Below are positions 1 through 11,448 of a stretch of DNA of 33,075 bases, one piece after another. Numbering within the stretch: position 1 is the stretch's first letter; every line of letters starts with the position of its first letter. The position numbers were made by a program, and so were the translations under genes. The DNA is from Malassezia furfur (taxonomy: Eukaryota): the NCBI GenBank assembly GCA_052055015.1, contig JBQJIT010000003.1; one strand, given 5' to 3'. The notes beneath the pieces were generated by a model. The model did not search any database. It was not told the origin of the DNA and saw only the letters and a program-made list of their open reading frames with translations.

Positions 1-600
1 AGCGAAATGCCTTGGCCAGCTTGGCGTAGTTCAGGTCTGTATCGATGCCACAAAGTACAGCTGCGACGCTGTCATCCATAGCTCCGGGTTCGAGCAGGGG
101 GGCAAAGTCGGTGCCCTCGATCTTGACCTGCTCCTTGGGATCCTGCGTCAGTATTGGGACGTACCGTTCCGCCAATGTGCTGAATGCCGACGGCATCAAG
201 TTCGTCCTCCAGTCCGGCCATGCCGACCACGTACACTTTGCGGTCCGAGGGAAACTTTAGCACTTCCTTCAGATACAGAGCGGACGCCGACGCTGAGGAG
301 AATACCTCGTTCTCGGAGGCCTGGATCCCGAGGTCCTTGAATCGCTTGAGCAAGGTTGCCCGGCTCTTGCTTGCGTTGTTCGTTACGAACAGCACACGCT
401 TGTTGCGCTTGCGAAGTTTCTCGAGCACTGAAACAACGCCAGGCAGTGCCTCAGTACCGAACCAGAGCACACCATCACAGTCTGTGTCAGACTGGAAACC
501 TACCGAATAGAAAGTTGTCGTAGCGGTCGACGAGATCCTTGTAATCCGAGGGCTCTTCAAGGTGGCGGTAGGTCCCCCGGGGTACGGTATGCTCAGTCAT
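1..600 (-). CDS. PHO13: HAD-IIA p-nitrophenylphosphatase/phosphoglycolate phosphatase (Pho13-like); 3' end runs off the window. Exons 600-504, 481-165, 142-<1
   Basis: Removing two 22-nt GT..CTGAC..CAG introns (503-482, 164-143) gives MTEHTVP...DRYDNFLFDCDGVLW (HAD motif I), FVTNNASKSR and VLCGIDTDLNYAKLAKA. Confidence 0.9.
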
Positions 601-643
601 GGTGGTGGGGATGTATGCGCGCACGGGTCACCTACCCGGGAGG

Positions 644-1408
644 CTACAATTCGCTCTCGTCGTCTACGGCAATGATGGTATCTTGAGGCTGCGCCTTGTT
701 CACTGGTCGCTGCGGCACCCACCCCATCCCTTGTGAACCAGAGTCACCGCCGTCGCGCATGCGCTGACGCGCCAGGGAGCCCTCTTCCTCAAAGTCAAGG
801 TCGAGGTTGAAGTCGTGAGCGTCGCTCAGATCGATCGCAGTGACGCGTGAGGCGACATTGTAGCCGCTGCGCCGGATGACGCTCAGTAGCCGCGTGCATT
901 GCACAATGTTACGCACGATCAGTAGCACACTGTCCAGTAGTTCTTCGCCGCGACCTGGGCGCTGCGCATACGGGGAGCATCCATGACCCAAGAGCATCAC
1001 CACGAGCGTCAGCACACACAATGCGACGAGGCACAAGTCAAGGATGTTGAATGTCGATTTCCAGAAATGTTTTCCAAACGCGACGAAACGGATTGACACT
1101 TCAGCGACCAAAGCAAGGTTGACGATCAGTTCGAGCACGTAAAACGTGGGGCCTGGGCAGGTGAACAGGAGTGAAAGAACCACGGTGACTAGCGAGAGAG
1201 AGGCCATGGTCGCGTAGAGGTATAAGTAGGTGGTCGAGTGCACGAAGCGGTTAGCAAGGCCCTTGAGAATTTCTTCACGCGACAGGGTGTAGCCTTGTCC
1301 GTTGGGCGTGGGCAGGGCAAATGCGGGCGCAAGGACATCGATTCCGAACGTGTCGTTGCGCGCAGCGTCACCCGTTTCGTGACCGGGAGCGAGTTGCGCC
1401 GAGGCCAT
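644..1408 (-). CDS. Ion_trans/voltage-sensor-like 4-TM membrane protein (254 aa)
   Basis: First in-frame ATG at 1408 (gcaccATGg; the ORF-track start at 1573 is TTG). Four hydrophobic segments with AEVSIRF (S2-like), FWKSTFNILDL (S3-like) and an Arg-containing S4-like helix; no pore domain follows. Confidence 0.65.
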   Translation of the reverse strand: MASAQLAPGHETGDAARNDTFGIDVLAPAFALPTPNGQGYTLSREEILKGLANRFVHSTTYLYLYATMASLSLVTVVLSLLFTCPGPTFYVLELIVNLALVAEVSIRFVAFGKHFWKSTFNILDLCLVALCVLTLVVMLLGHGCSPYAQRPGRGEELLDSVLLIVRNIVQCTRLLSVIRRSGYNVASRVTAIDLSDAHDFNLDLDFEEEGSLARQRMRDGGDSGSQGMGWVPQRPVNKAQPQDTIIAVDDESEL

Positions 1409-1923
1409 GGTGCGGTACGGCGAGTGAACTGCTGGATTGACGTGGTGTTGGTAGGCGCTGGTACTAGCAAGGCTTGGTTTTACCGATCCATCCGATCCTG
1501 GGGACCGCGGCGCTGCAAAGACGGCCGGGCGAGCGGCGCGTGATCGGTGCGTGTAAATGGTGGGCAGAGGCAAGATGCATGCGCTACCGACATCCGTCTA
1601 GATGGCTACCTGCGTGGCAACAGCGCAGGGCCCTTGAAAGATACTATAGTGCTACAATTGTCCACCAGCTGCCCCACACGTCGTGCGCGCGACGCGTTGG
1701 GGCCGCTGTGCCACCGTGGCAGGGGTCATGGTGTCACGTGGCGGTACCCCCCCTCCTCGATTGGCTGCAGGGTCCGGCAGTGCGCGCCTACCAGGCCTCC
1801 CGGCATTCCGCGCGTGGCAACTCCGCAGACAAGGGATCCGACGCTTGCTCTTGCCCGTGTTGCAATACGACTCGTGCGGACTGATATTGACCTGTGTCGA
1901 TTCAGGAGAAGTATCGAGCCGCC

Positions 1924-3245
1924 ATGGATCTACGCGTGGGCGGAAAGTACGTATCTATCGTGTCTGTGAAGAGCCATACTGACACACGGCCGCCACTTGT
2001 GGCGCCCGCAACAGGGTATGCACCACATCGTCGACTCCGTATAACTAACCACAGTACCGAATCGGTAAAAAGATCGGCTCAGGGTCGTTCGGCGACATCT
2101 ACCTGGGCGTCAACATTATCAGCGGCGAAGAGGTCGCGATTAAACTGGAATCGGTGAAAGCCAAGCACCCCCAGCTCGAGTATGAGGCCAAGGTGTACAA
2201 GACGCTCGCTGGCGGCGTCGGCGTGCCGTTTGTCAGGTGGTTTGGGCAGGAGTGCGACTATAATGCGATGGTCATCGACCTGCTGGGTCCATCGCTCGAG
2301 GATCTGTTCAACTTCTGCAACCGGCGCTTCTCGCTCAAGACGGTACTGCTGCTGGCCGACCAGATGATCTCGCGGGTGGAATACATCCATTCGCGCAACT
2401 TCATTCACCGCGACATCAAGCCGGACAACTTCCTGATGGGCATCGGCAAGCGGGGCAATCAGGTAAACGTGATCGACTTTGGTCTCGCCAAAAAGTACCG
2501 CGACCCGAAGACGCATCTGCACATTCCTTACCGCGAAAACAAAAACCTGACGGGCACAGCGCGCTACACGTCGATCAACACACACCTGGGTGTCGAGCAG
2601 TCGCGCCGCGATGACCTCGAGTCGCTCGGGTACGTGCTGATGTACTTCCTGCGGGGCTCGTTGCCCTGGCAGGGACTCAAAGCCGCCACCAAGAAGCAAA
2701 AGTACGAGCGGATCATGGAAAAGAAAATGATGACCTCGACCGAGACGCTGTGCCGCGGCTTCCCTACGGAGATGGCCATATACCTCAACTGCTGCCGCTC
2801 GCTCCGGTTCGACGACCGGCCAGACTACAGCTACCTGCGCAAGCTCTTCCGCGATCTGTTTGTGCGAGAGGGATACCAGTATGACTACGTGTACGACTGG
2901 AGCATCCAGCCACGCGAGCGCGTCGAGCACCCGTCGGCGGGACTGCCTCCGCCCGGGCCTAGCCAGCAGGACACAACGCAGGCCCAGGCCGGCAAGCCGT
3001 CGAGCGCCGCTCAGCAGCTGCCACGGCGCAAGGTGCTTCCCGCCGAGTACGCCGAGCCCACGTCGAGCCGTGCCACGGCCGCGCCGGAATACGCGCGGGG
3101 CTCTGTGCCCGCCGTGATCGGCTCGGAGCGCATGGCCGCCCCTGAGTCGCCGGTCGTGGCCGGTGCGTCGGGCATGGTGGGCAACAACGCGGGACATGTG
3201 TACATGGCGCAGCAGCCGCGTATGGACGAGGCCGGATGGCACTAG
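1924..3245 (+). CDS. HRR25: Casein kinase I (Hrr25/Hhp1 type). Exons 1924-1946, 2015 (1 nt), 2055-3245
   Basis: Spliced N-terminus [28 protein letters not shown]1 motifs [38 protein letters not shown]. Confidence 0.93.
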
Positions 3246-3328
3246 GGGAACGCATGTCGCGAGGAGGAGAGGCACGGTTGCGGTTCTATAGTTTTTTTTT
3301 GCGTCATTAGAAGGCCAGATGTGACACA

Positions 3329-5026
3329 CTAGCTGTGCCGTTCCTCATCGTCGGGAATCGTGGTGCGTTTGGCGTCCGGCATGGGCAGCCGCTTGTTCTC
3401 AATAAACAGGCCGCACAGCAACGCCAAAGCATCGCACACAAACACAAACACAAACACGTTGTGCATCGCATAGGTGTACGACTCAATCGCCGCACCTTGA
3501 AACTCCGCGGGGAGTGTATCCAGCGACGTCGCCTGGTGTCGGATGCGTGCAATCAGCTCGTCGGCTTCAGGGCCCACGATGCGCCAGCGCAGCGCCTTGA
3601 GTAGCGACACCTGCATGATCCCGCCCGTCATGGCCACACCGAGCACCTGGCCGTTCGAGCGGAAAAAGTAGCTCATCCCGGTCGACACGCCAATCGCGTG
3701 CTTTTCGACGCTGTTGATCAGCGCTAGCAGCGTCGTGGTCAACACCCCCGCCTGGCTAAAATACAAAAAGGTGTTGATCACGAACGGCGACACCAGCGGC
3801 GGGTGGTCACCAAAAAGCGTCGAGCGCCAAATCGCAACCGTCGCAACGACAAGGCACGCCACGGTGTACCAATAGTAATAGCCCGTCTTCCGCATGTAGA
3901 ATCCGGAGAACAGACTGCCGGCACTTAGCGCCATGCTGGCTGGAATCATGCGCGCACCAATCACCGAGGGCGGCAGTTTGCCAACCACTTGGAAAAAGAG
4001 CGGAAAGTTGAAGTTGTAGCCAAAGCTGGCAATGCTCAGCCAAAAATTGGTCCATAGTGAAGACCACCCAGACCGCAGCGCAAGTACGTCGAGTGAGATG
4101 AGCGGCACACGCGCCACATAACGCTCCACCACATAGAAGCCGATGATCGACAGTACGGCCACGACGCCGCTCGTGATGACGCGCACATCATCAAAGGGTA
4201 CATCCTTGACACTCACTAGATCCATCGCATACAGCACCGACAGGGGCGCCATGGTCACGACGCTCAGTCCGAGCAGGTCAATGTCCTGCAGACGGCGCCA
4301 CACCGTCCGCTCGTCATCCCCGTGTGGCACCGTGTCGTCCAGAAGAGTGAGCAGCGCAAGGAACGCAACACAGATGATGGGTACCTGGAAGTAGAACGCG
4401 GCACGCCAGCCAAGCGCATCGTTGAAGAATCCACCGATCGGACCACCAATCGCAATTCCAAGACCAAACACAATGTTCGTCAAGCCCTGGTATACGCCGC
4501 GCGAGTGCAGGGGCACAAGGTGGCTCACAATGACACTGCCTACCGTGTTCAGACCCCCACCGCCCATGCCGGCGATGGTGCGCGCGAGCAAGAACTCAGA
4601 CATGGAACGTGCCATACCACATCCCAAAGTGCCTGTCGCAAACAGAATCAGCGCTGTGGATAGCGAGCGTTTGCCGCCGATGATGTCACACAAGCGACCG
4701 TACACCGGCGCTGTGCAGCATGCTGTCAGTAGATATGTGGACCCAATCCAGGCCGCCTTCTCTGAAGCACGGAAGTCGGAAGAAATGTTCCCAAGCAGTA
4801 TCGACACAATGGTCATGTCCAAACTCACGATCAGAGTGATGCACCAGAGCGCCATGCACGTTGTGATAATTACGAAGAACGGTCGCTCTGGCGGATCATG
4901 GTTTCGATCCAGATCCTCACTCCGAGGGTGGTCGTAGAATGCAGAATCTGAGATGATCCGGGGCGCTCCTGCGCCTGCCACCTGTGTGCCACCGAGCAGC
5001 GGCGTACGCTCATCCGCCCGAGTCAT
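3329..5026 (-). CDS. MFS DHA2-type transporter, vacuolar basic amino acid transporter (Vba)-like
   Basis: About 14 hydrophobic segments; WIGSTYLL, PVYGRLCDIIG, ARTIAGMGGGG. Likely start MTRADERTPLL at 5026 carries an acidic dileucine sorting motif; the upstream extension would overlap the UTP11 start. Confidence 0.85.
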   Translation of the reverse strand: MTRADERTPLLGGTQVAGAGAPRIISDSAFYDHPRSEDLDRNHDPPERPFFVIITTCMALWCITLIVSLDMTIVSILLGNISSDFRASEKAAWIGSTYLLTACCTAPVYGRLCDIIGGKRSLSTALILFATGTLGCGMARSMSEFLLARTIAGMGGGGLNTVGSVIVSHLVPLHSRGVYQGLTNIVFGLGIAIGGPIGGFFNDALGWRAAFYFQVPIICVAFLALLTLLDDTVPHGDDERTVWRRLQDIDLLGLSVVTMAPLSVLYAMDLVSVKDVPFDDVRVITSGVVAVLSIIGFYVVERYVARVPLISLDVLALRSGWSSLWTNFWLSIASFGYNFNFPLFFQVVGKLPPSVIGARMIPASMALSAGSLFSGFYMRKTGYYYWYTVACLVVATVAIWRSTLFGDHPPLVSPFVINTFLYFSQAGVLTTTLLALINSVEKHAIGVSTGMSYFFRSNGQVLGVAMTGGIMQVSLLKALRWRIVGPEADELIARIRHQATSLDTLPAEFQGAAIESYTYAMHNVFVFVFVCDALALLCGLFIENKRLPMPDAKRTTIPDDEERHS

Positions 5027-5144
5027 CGTGGAGCGCACAGCATTTCGCATGCACGCAGTCTTATCAACTCCACTTTGTGGAGAAGCGCTCGTTGCATCAC
5101 GTGGTCGCCACTTTTTTTGGCGCCCCCTCCCACCACCGCACGCC

Positions 5145-6070
5145 ATGGCGCTCCGAAACTACGTCCAGCGCCGTAACCATAAGGAGCGCAGCCAACCAGA
5201 GCACCGAAAACGGCTGGGTCTCCTTGAGAAACACAAAGACTATGTCGAGCGTGCGCGTGCCCACCACGTCAAGCGCGACAAGCTCAAACGGCTTCGCGAG
5301 AAAGCGGCAAACAAGAACGAGGATGAGTTCTACACGGGGATGATCGGTACCAAGACCGAAGGCGGCGTGCATGTCGCATCGCGTGGAAACAAGGCGCTTC
5401 CGAACGATGTTGTTGCATTGCTCAAGACGCAGGACGCGGGCTACCTTCGCAAGCAGCTCGTCACCGAACGGAAACGCATTGCCGCGCTCGTCGAACAGCT
5501 TGCACCGCGCGTTCCTGGGATGCGCACCGAGTGGTTGGAGCGGAAGCCCGAGTTTGTCTCGACGTTGCGCCGCGCCAAGCTTCTCGGCGACGCGTCGGCG
5601 CCGGGGTCGAAACCTGGCAAAGCTAACACACGCGTGCAGGGCTTTGGCCAAAAGACGGTCTGGGTGGACGATGTGGACGAATGTATGTACACACGACTGA
5701 CCCAGTAAAACCTACAGCCAAAGCGCACCAAAAGACCAAGGCGCCTGCTGAGCCGCCCACGGCCGTGGAGAAGACGGGCGAACGGCAGCTGGGCATTCTG
5801 ATCCGCGAATTGGCCACGCGTCAGCGTCGGCTGGATGCGCTCACAGAAGCCTCGCAAAAGCTCGATACGGTACGCTCGTTGATGACGACGCGCGGCTCCC
5901 ACGCGGTACCCAAGAAGGTGGCGCGTGAGCTAAAGGAAGCCGTGTCCAAGGACGGCGCTCGAATTACCCCTAATGGTCTGGTCGTTGAGCCCTCACGGGA
6001 CGACGACGAGGACCCAAATGCTACGCGAACGAAGAAACAATACAAATGGTCCAACGAGCGAAAGAAGTGA
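5145..6070 (+). CDS. UTP11: U3 snoRNA-associated protein Utp11. Exons 5145-5682, 5706-6070
   Basis: RRNHKERSQPEHRKRLGLLEKHKDYVERA, NEDEFY, LLKTQDAGY and C-terminal YKWSNERKK; 23-nt intron 5683-5705 (GTATGT..CTGACCCAG) joins the two ORF frames. Confidence 0.93.
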
Positions 6071-6074
6071 GCGC

Positions 6075-6926
6075 TCAATGGATCAGTGGCGCGGCTTCTT
6101 CGTCAGACGAACGCACAGGAATTGCACTCCGCTGCGCCTGGTACGCCGCCGCCACAGCGCGGAGAACAGCGATAAAGGAGATCATGAAAAAGACACTGTA
6201 CATTAGTAGTATTACGCACAATGCCGACCAATGAATAAACTTGGAGCTGCGCTGCTCGTCAAAGATGGCCAGCAGGCCCAGAGAGATGACGGAGGCGCCG
6301 GCAATGTCGCCGTTCCCGTAAAATACGTAGCCGGCCGCGGTGCTTTCGAGGAAAAAGAGGGTGATAAACACCAAAATCTTGGTTACAATCCCTGCCTTGT
6401 GCGTGTTGGCATCCGTTCCGAACACAGTAAAGGCCGCGACGAAAAACACCACGACGATGAAGCCGTGGTACAGCGAAAAAGGCAGATGCACAAGGTAACG
6501 GTCCATCCAGTTCTCCGGCTCGGGACCCGTGCGCAGCGAGCCGTACAAGTAACTCACCATACCAGCCACGAGGCACAGAACGAGAAAGGCGAGAAAATTA
6601 AGCAGACGCGATCCCTGCAGCGAGAACAGGGTGGTGTACAGCGAATTGAGCACAAATAGCGCCGGAAAGCGCCACCCAAGCTGTTCTGTTACCGCCTTGC
6701 CGCCACGCGGCGTGAACTGATAGACGAGCAAACCCAGGAAAAGGAAATTGATCAACGACCACACACCAAAGAGCCATTGGGCCGGCGTCAAATAGGTCTG
6801 CACCGGTTTACCTAGCCGTACACTGTCCCCGCCGAGCCCTGCATACAGGTTGGATGAGGTAAAGAAGAGGTAGCTAAGGATATTGCACGCCTTGAGCCAG
6901 CCGCTGTTCGGAGCTGAATTCGACAT
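6075..6926 (-). CDS. Multi-pass membrane protein of unknown function (TspO/MBR-like N-terminal motif); probable 24-nt intron 6219-6196
   Basis: 283-aa ORF with about 8 hydrophobic segments, TYLTPAQWLFGVWSLI motif and C-terminal acidic dileucine-like EEAAPLI. Confidence 0.7.
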   Translation of the reverse strand: MSNSAPNSGWLKACNILSYLFFTSSNLYAGLGGDSVRLGKPVQTYLTPAQWLFGVWSLINFLFLGLLVYQFTPRGGKAVTEQLGWRFPALFVLNSLYTTLFSLQGSRLLNFLAFLVLCLVAGMVSYLYGSLRTGPEPENWMDRYLVHLPFSLYHGFIVVVFFVAAFTVFGTDANTHKAGIVTKILVFITLFFLESTAAGYVFYGNGDIAGASVISLGLLAIFDEQRSSKFIHWSALCVILLMYSVFFMISFIAVLRAVAAAYQAQRSAIPVRSSDEEAAPLIH

Positions 6927-6990
6927 CGCTTCTGTGGCAACGCGAGGCGAGGCAAAATTAAGCGGGGAAATAAGGCGTCGTTTAGGTCGC

Positions 6991-7764
6991 CTACGTAGGG
7001 ACCAGATGGCAGCTAGGTGAGCATTTTGCTAGACTTACCCAAGCATTCCGCGCCCCCCCCAGGAAGATGAGGGCGTTAGGGTAAGTGTAAGGTACAGTTT
7101 TCGCCCGTCGTCAGCGACGCGCTCAACGCCTACCGGGATGCTGACGCCGTCGCGCACTTGGCTCGCAAGTTGCGAAAAGTGCGCCGACGTAACATGCTGC
7201 AGGTCGCCAAATGCGGTCAGTGTATCACCAGCTTTGAGACCCGCAGCCGCAGCGGGGCTCTCTGGACTGACGGAACGTACCGCGATAGGGCGCGGCTGCA
7301 CGACAGGTGTGTCTGCGTGACGGGTATCGTCGTCGGTAGAAACGGACGCTGCTGTGGGTGCATCCACGGCCATTGGTGCACGGGTGGTCTGTGCAGCACT
7401 AGTAGTGCGCACAACGTTGCCGGTGGCGGGTGCTGGGTCGGTGCGGTGCTTCTGACCGAGTGCGCACTCGAGCAATGTCTTGAGCTGTGCATCGATTTTT
7501 TGGCGGTCGTTCGTGAGCATACGAATCTGTTGCCGTGCAGTGCGAATCGCAGCGATGTCAAGGCCCGGTAAAGGGAACCCGTCAGCGTCGACGAGGGGCG
7601 ACGTCATCGTCACGTTGCGCTAGTTTAGCTCAAATGAGTGCGTACCGAATCCAATAGCGCATTTTGGGCGGACTGGGTTAACGAGGTGTACGTACAAGCT
7701 CGGCATCGATCCGCTTCCGCTGCTCGGCGAGCCGCAGCGCATCCGCGCGTGCTTGGACGTCCAT
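6991..7764 (-). CDS. NAS2: 26S proteasome assembly chaperone Nas2/PSMD9 (coiled coil plus PDZ). Exons 7764-7696, 7672-7646, 7619-7039, 7012-6991
   Basis: SPLVDADGFP..DIAAIRTAR, PDZ VSPESPAAAAGLKAGD, spliced C-terminus WGGRGMLGCHLVPT*; introns of 23, 26 and 26 nt. Confidence 0.9.
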
Positions 7765-7984
7765 AAGGCTCACGACGCGTGGGAACAGGTGGAGGTGTGA
7801 GGGCCCTGCAGGTGCCCACGCGCCTGGCAGGAACGAAATTTCCGGGTAAAGTTAAAGCACCGGTGCGGCAGTGGATCCGAGCAACGTGTCCTTTCTTACC
7901 TTGATAAGCTCAGGTCCGCGAATTTTCTCCGTATACCAAGACCAGGTGCAGGCACTGTGGTAGCACGACGAACAGCCCTCCAGG

Positions 7985-10188
7985 ATGCTCTCGACGCTCT
8001 TCCAGCCTTGCGAAATCAAGGTCAACTTCATCCAGAACGTCGTCTTCCTCCGGCCGCCCCAGAATCCGAGCGGCGATCATGATCACCGCACGCACGAGCT
8101 TCCGCCGTTATCGAACGACGAGCTTGTGCGTGGAATCATCCACCTCTATGTTCCGGTACGTGTATATGCTCACCCCAGTCGGCCCGACACATCGATGGCA
8201 TCCGCGTGCAGCTCAAAGTGACGCAGTCGATCGCGGTGCTCGACTCGTCGTTCAACTACGTGCCGACCACTTGGGAGAACTCGACGCTGATGGAGCGCAC
8301 GCTCGAAATTGGCGTTCCGATGCGCCTCTCGAAGCTGAATCCTTATCGGGAGGCGTCGCAGAGTGTCACCCGGCCGCGTAGTCCGTCGACGCACTACGGC
8401 GGCGGTGGACGTCACCCCGAGCTTCCGCGCTACGAGCTTGGCCGGAACGAGGGTAGGCAACATGAGTCTGGCGGCGTGTTTAAAAACATGGTGCGCGGCG
8501 TGTCGCGCGGGCGCGCGCCGTTCCGGGGCGAACACTCCCCGTCGGCGTCCGAGTCGCCGCGTCCGCAATCGCGCGGGCGCTCGGGGTTGTTTTCTCGGGA
8601 CCCCAGTGTGACGCATTCGCGCAACCGATCACCGACGCCCAACGAGCGCGATTCCGGACACGGATCGGATACGGTGCTGTCGCCCGTGCGCACTGACGCA
8701 CGGGGCACGCCCATCTCCGAGGATGACTTTAATCGGATTAACTTGGCGCTCGAGGAGCACGGCTCGCGTGGGCGTACGCTGCCCTTAGGGGGGCAAGAGG
8801 TCTCGACGCGCGACCACTCGGAGCGCAGCCAGAGCCGCTCGATGCACCGTCGCGGCGACTCGCGCGCGCGTACGCCGAGTGTGCAGCGCAGCTACTCGCC
8901 CGAGGATGAGATGCGTGGGCGCTCCAAGATGAAAGCGGTGGATACCGTGGTGCACGACCAGAACGAGGATGGGCTTGAGCTGAGTAAGGGCGTGCACGCG
9001 TTCGAGTTTGCCTTCATCATCCCAGCCGACGCGCCGCCGTACGACCGCAGCCCATTTGGCAAGATCAAATACCTCGTCAAGGTCACGGCGCTGGGCGCCG
9101 GGCGCGCCAAAAGCAACGTCGAGGAGTGGAAAGAGTTCTTCCCGATGGTGAACCCCGCGCCGGACGGGGGCATGACGCCGCTCATCGTGCTGTACAACAA
9201 CGTGCACTCGACGGTCGGCATGCTGTCAATCGCATGCACGTCGAACAACATCTCGGTCGGTGGACTGTTCAACATTGACGTACACAGCCCGTCACCGCCG
9301 GTCGACCTGATCGTGTACATGGTGCGCGTGTCGCTGCACACCACGATCGAGCTGCACACCAAGCGCAAAGGCAAGCAGTATGTCCCGGTGCAGAAACGCA
9401 AGCTCTTTGAGCAGGGCCACGTCGCGGGGCAGGACCAGGCGATGAGCGAGAATGCCGACCGCCTGCCGGGCTACGTGCGCTACGCGGGCACGGACCATGC
9501 ATGGACCGTGCAGGGTGTCGCGCGCATCCCCGACGACAACGCCATCCGTCCTAGCACGATCCCCGGCACGCGTTCCGCGCTGCGCTTCCACCATGTGCTT
9601 GTCGTGGAAGTCGTGCACAGCCGCGACGACCCGTCGGTGCCCGACTGCCTGAGCCCGGAGGGGAAGCGTAAGCTCAAGGTGTTTACCCTGCGGCAAAACA
9701 TCTTGATTCCCTCATGCTGCTGCGCATTGGACGCCGTAACCCTCCCGGCGTACACGCCCAAGGAAACCGACGAGGAGCACCCCCCGGCACTCAACCACGG
9801 CTTCACGGGCTGGGACCAGATCGTGCGTGCCAACCAGGACCGCGGCGAGTCACACGACATGTGCGTGTGTGGCATGAGCTTGGCGGACCTCTCGCGTGCC
9901 GAGCGCGCCATGCTCCCGCCGCCGGACCCATCCGAGCTGCTGCTCGACCGCGTGCGGCACAACGGCAAGGTCGGCGAACTGCCCTCGGCGGAATACTCGC
10001 CTAGCGACGCGCTGCCAAACGGCGGCACGCACAGCGAGCGTGCGTCGTGGGCGCCGCCGCCGCACATGGGCACGCCCGGCCTCTCGTCGTCGCGGCAGCT
10101 GGGCAGCGGGCACTCGAGCGGCGGCAGGAGCCCCAGTCCGCTGCCGCCGCCGCTCGACTTACCCCCCGCGTATACTCGGAACGAGTAG
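7985..10188 (+). CDS. Alpha-arrestin (ART)-like Rsp5 adaptor. Exons 7985-8155, 8179-10188
   Basis: Arrestin-N features (VRGIIHLYVPSARHIDGIRVQL; KGVHAFEFAFIIPADAPPYDRSPFGKIKYLVKVT), PY motifs LPAY and PPAY; 23-nt intron 8156-8178. Confidence 0.75.
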
Positions 10189-10219
10189 GTGTACATATGG
10201 GTGCTAGTTACCAAAAACG

Positions 10220-11377
10220 TCACTCCGACATGTTCACGACGCAGCGGATGCATTCGCCGTCCTTCATGTACTCGAGACCCTTGTTCACGTCCGAGAGCGA
10301 CACCTTGTGCGTGACGTAGTCGTCGATCGGGAACGTGCCCTCCACGTAGCGCTCCACCAAGCCGGGCAGCTGCGTGCGGCCCTTGACGCCGCCGAACGCC
10401 GAGCCCTGCCACTTGCGGCCCGTGACCAGCTGGAAGGGGCGGGTAGAGATCTCTTCGCCAGCCGCCGCAACGCCGATCACCGTCGACACACCCCAGCCCT
10501 TGTGGCACGCCTCCAGCGCCGTGCGCATCACCGCGACGTTACCCGTGCAGTCAAAGGTGAAGTCCAGACCGCCGTCGGTCATCTCCACGAGCTTCGCCAC
10601 CACCGGGTCGCTCTTACCATCTCCCTTGAGGTCCTTGGGGTTGACAAAGTCGGTGGCGCCAAACTTCTTCGCCCATGCATCCTTAGCGGGGTTGAGATCG
10701 ATGGCGATGATGCGCGACGCGCCGCGCTCTTTGGCGCCGCGGATCACGGCCAGGCCTACACAGCCCACACCGAACACGGCGACCGTCGAGTCCTGCTCGA
10801 CCTTGGCGGTGTACACCGCCGCGCCGTAGCCCGTCGTCACACCACAGCCCAGCAGGCAGGTGCGGTCCATCGGCGCCTTGGCGTCGACGGCCACGAGCGA
10901 GTACTGCGACACCACCGTGTACTGGCTCAGGCTCGACGTGCCCATAAAGTGGAAGAGCTCCTGGCCCGTACGGGCGGAGGTGAAGCGCTTCGTGCCGTCA
11001 GGCATCACGCCCTGGCCCTGTGTCGCGCGCACAGCCTGGCACAGGTTCGTCTTGCCCGACTTGCAGAACTTGCACTTGCGGCACTCGGCCGTGTACAGCA
11101 GCACCACATGGTCGCCCGGCTTCACCGAGTCGACGCCCTCGCCGATCGACTCGACCACACCCGCACCCTCGTGGCCGAGGATCGCGGGGAACTGGCCCTC
11201 GGGGTCCTTACCCGAAAGCGTGTAGACGTCCGTGTGGCACAGACCGTTGTACAGAATGTGCACACGCACTTCGCCAGCACGCGGCGCAGCCACATTCACG
11301 TCTTCGACGCTGAGCGGCTTCCCAGCCTCCCACGCAATGGCGGCCTTGCAAGTGATCGTCTTTCCTTCCGTCGACAT
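10220..11377 (-). CDS. SFA1: S-(hydroxymethyl)glutathione dehydrogenase / class III alcohol dehydrogenase
   Basis: [73 protein letters not shown]. Confidence 0.95.
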   Translation of the reverse strand: MSTEGKTITCKAAIAWEAGKPLSVEDVNVAAPRAGEVRVHILYNGLCHTDVYTLSGKDPEGQFPAILGHEGAGVVESIGEGVDSVKPGDHVVLLYTAECRKCKFCKSGKTNLCQAVRATQGQGVMPDGTKRFTSARTGQELFHFMGTSSLSQYTVVSQYSLVAVDAKAPMDRTCLLGCGVTTGYGAAVYTAKVEQDSTVAVFGVGCVGLAVIRGAKERGASRIIAIDLNPAKDAWAKKFGATDFVNPKDLKGDGKSDPVVAKLVEMTDGGLDFTFDCTGNVAVMRTALEACHKGWGVSTVIGVAAAGEEISTRPFQLVTGRKWQGSAFGGVKGRTQLPGLVERYVEGTFPIDDYVTHKVSLSDVNKGLEYMKDGECIRCVVNMSE

Positions 11378-11448
11378 GATAGTGAGTCGCGTGCCCACCC
11401 GCACGCTCGGTTCCCGAGATCACGTGGACTTCCGACGCTCGAGCCACC

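Noticed and set aside
3436..3458. ACAAAC tandem repeat
   Set aside because: Encodes the VFVFVFV TM segment of the MFS transporter; not an independent repeat
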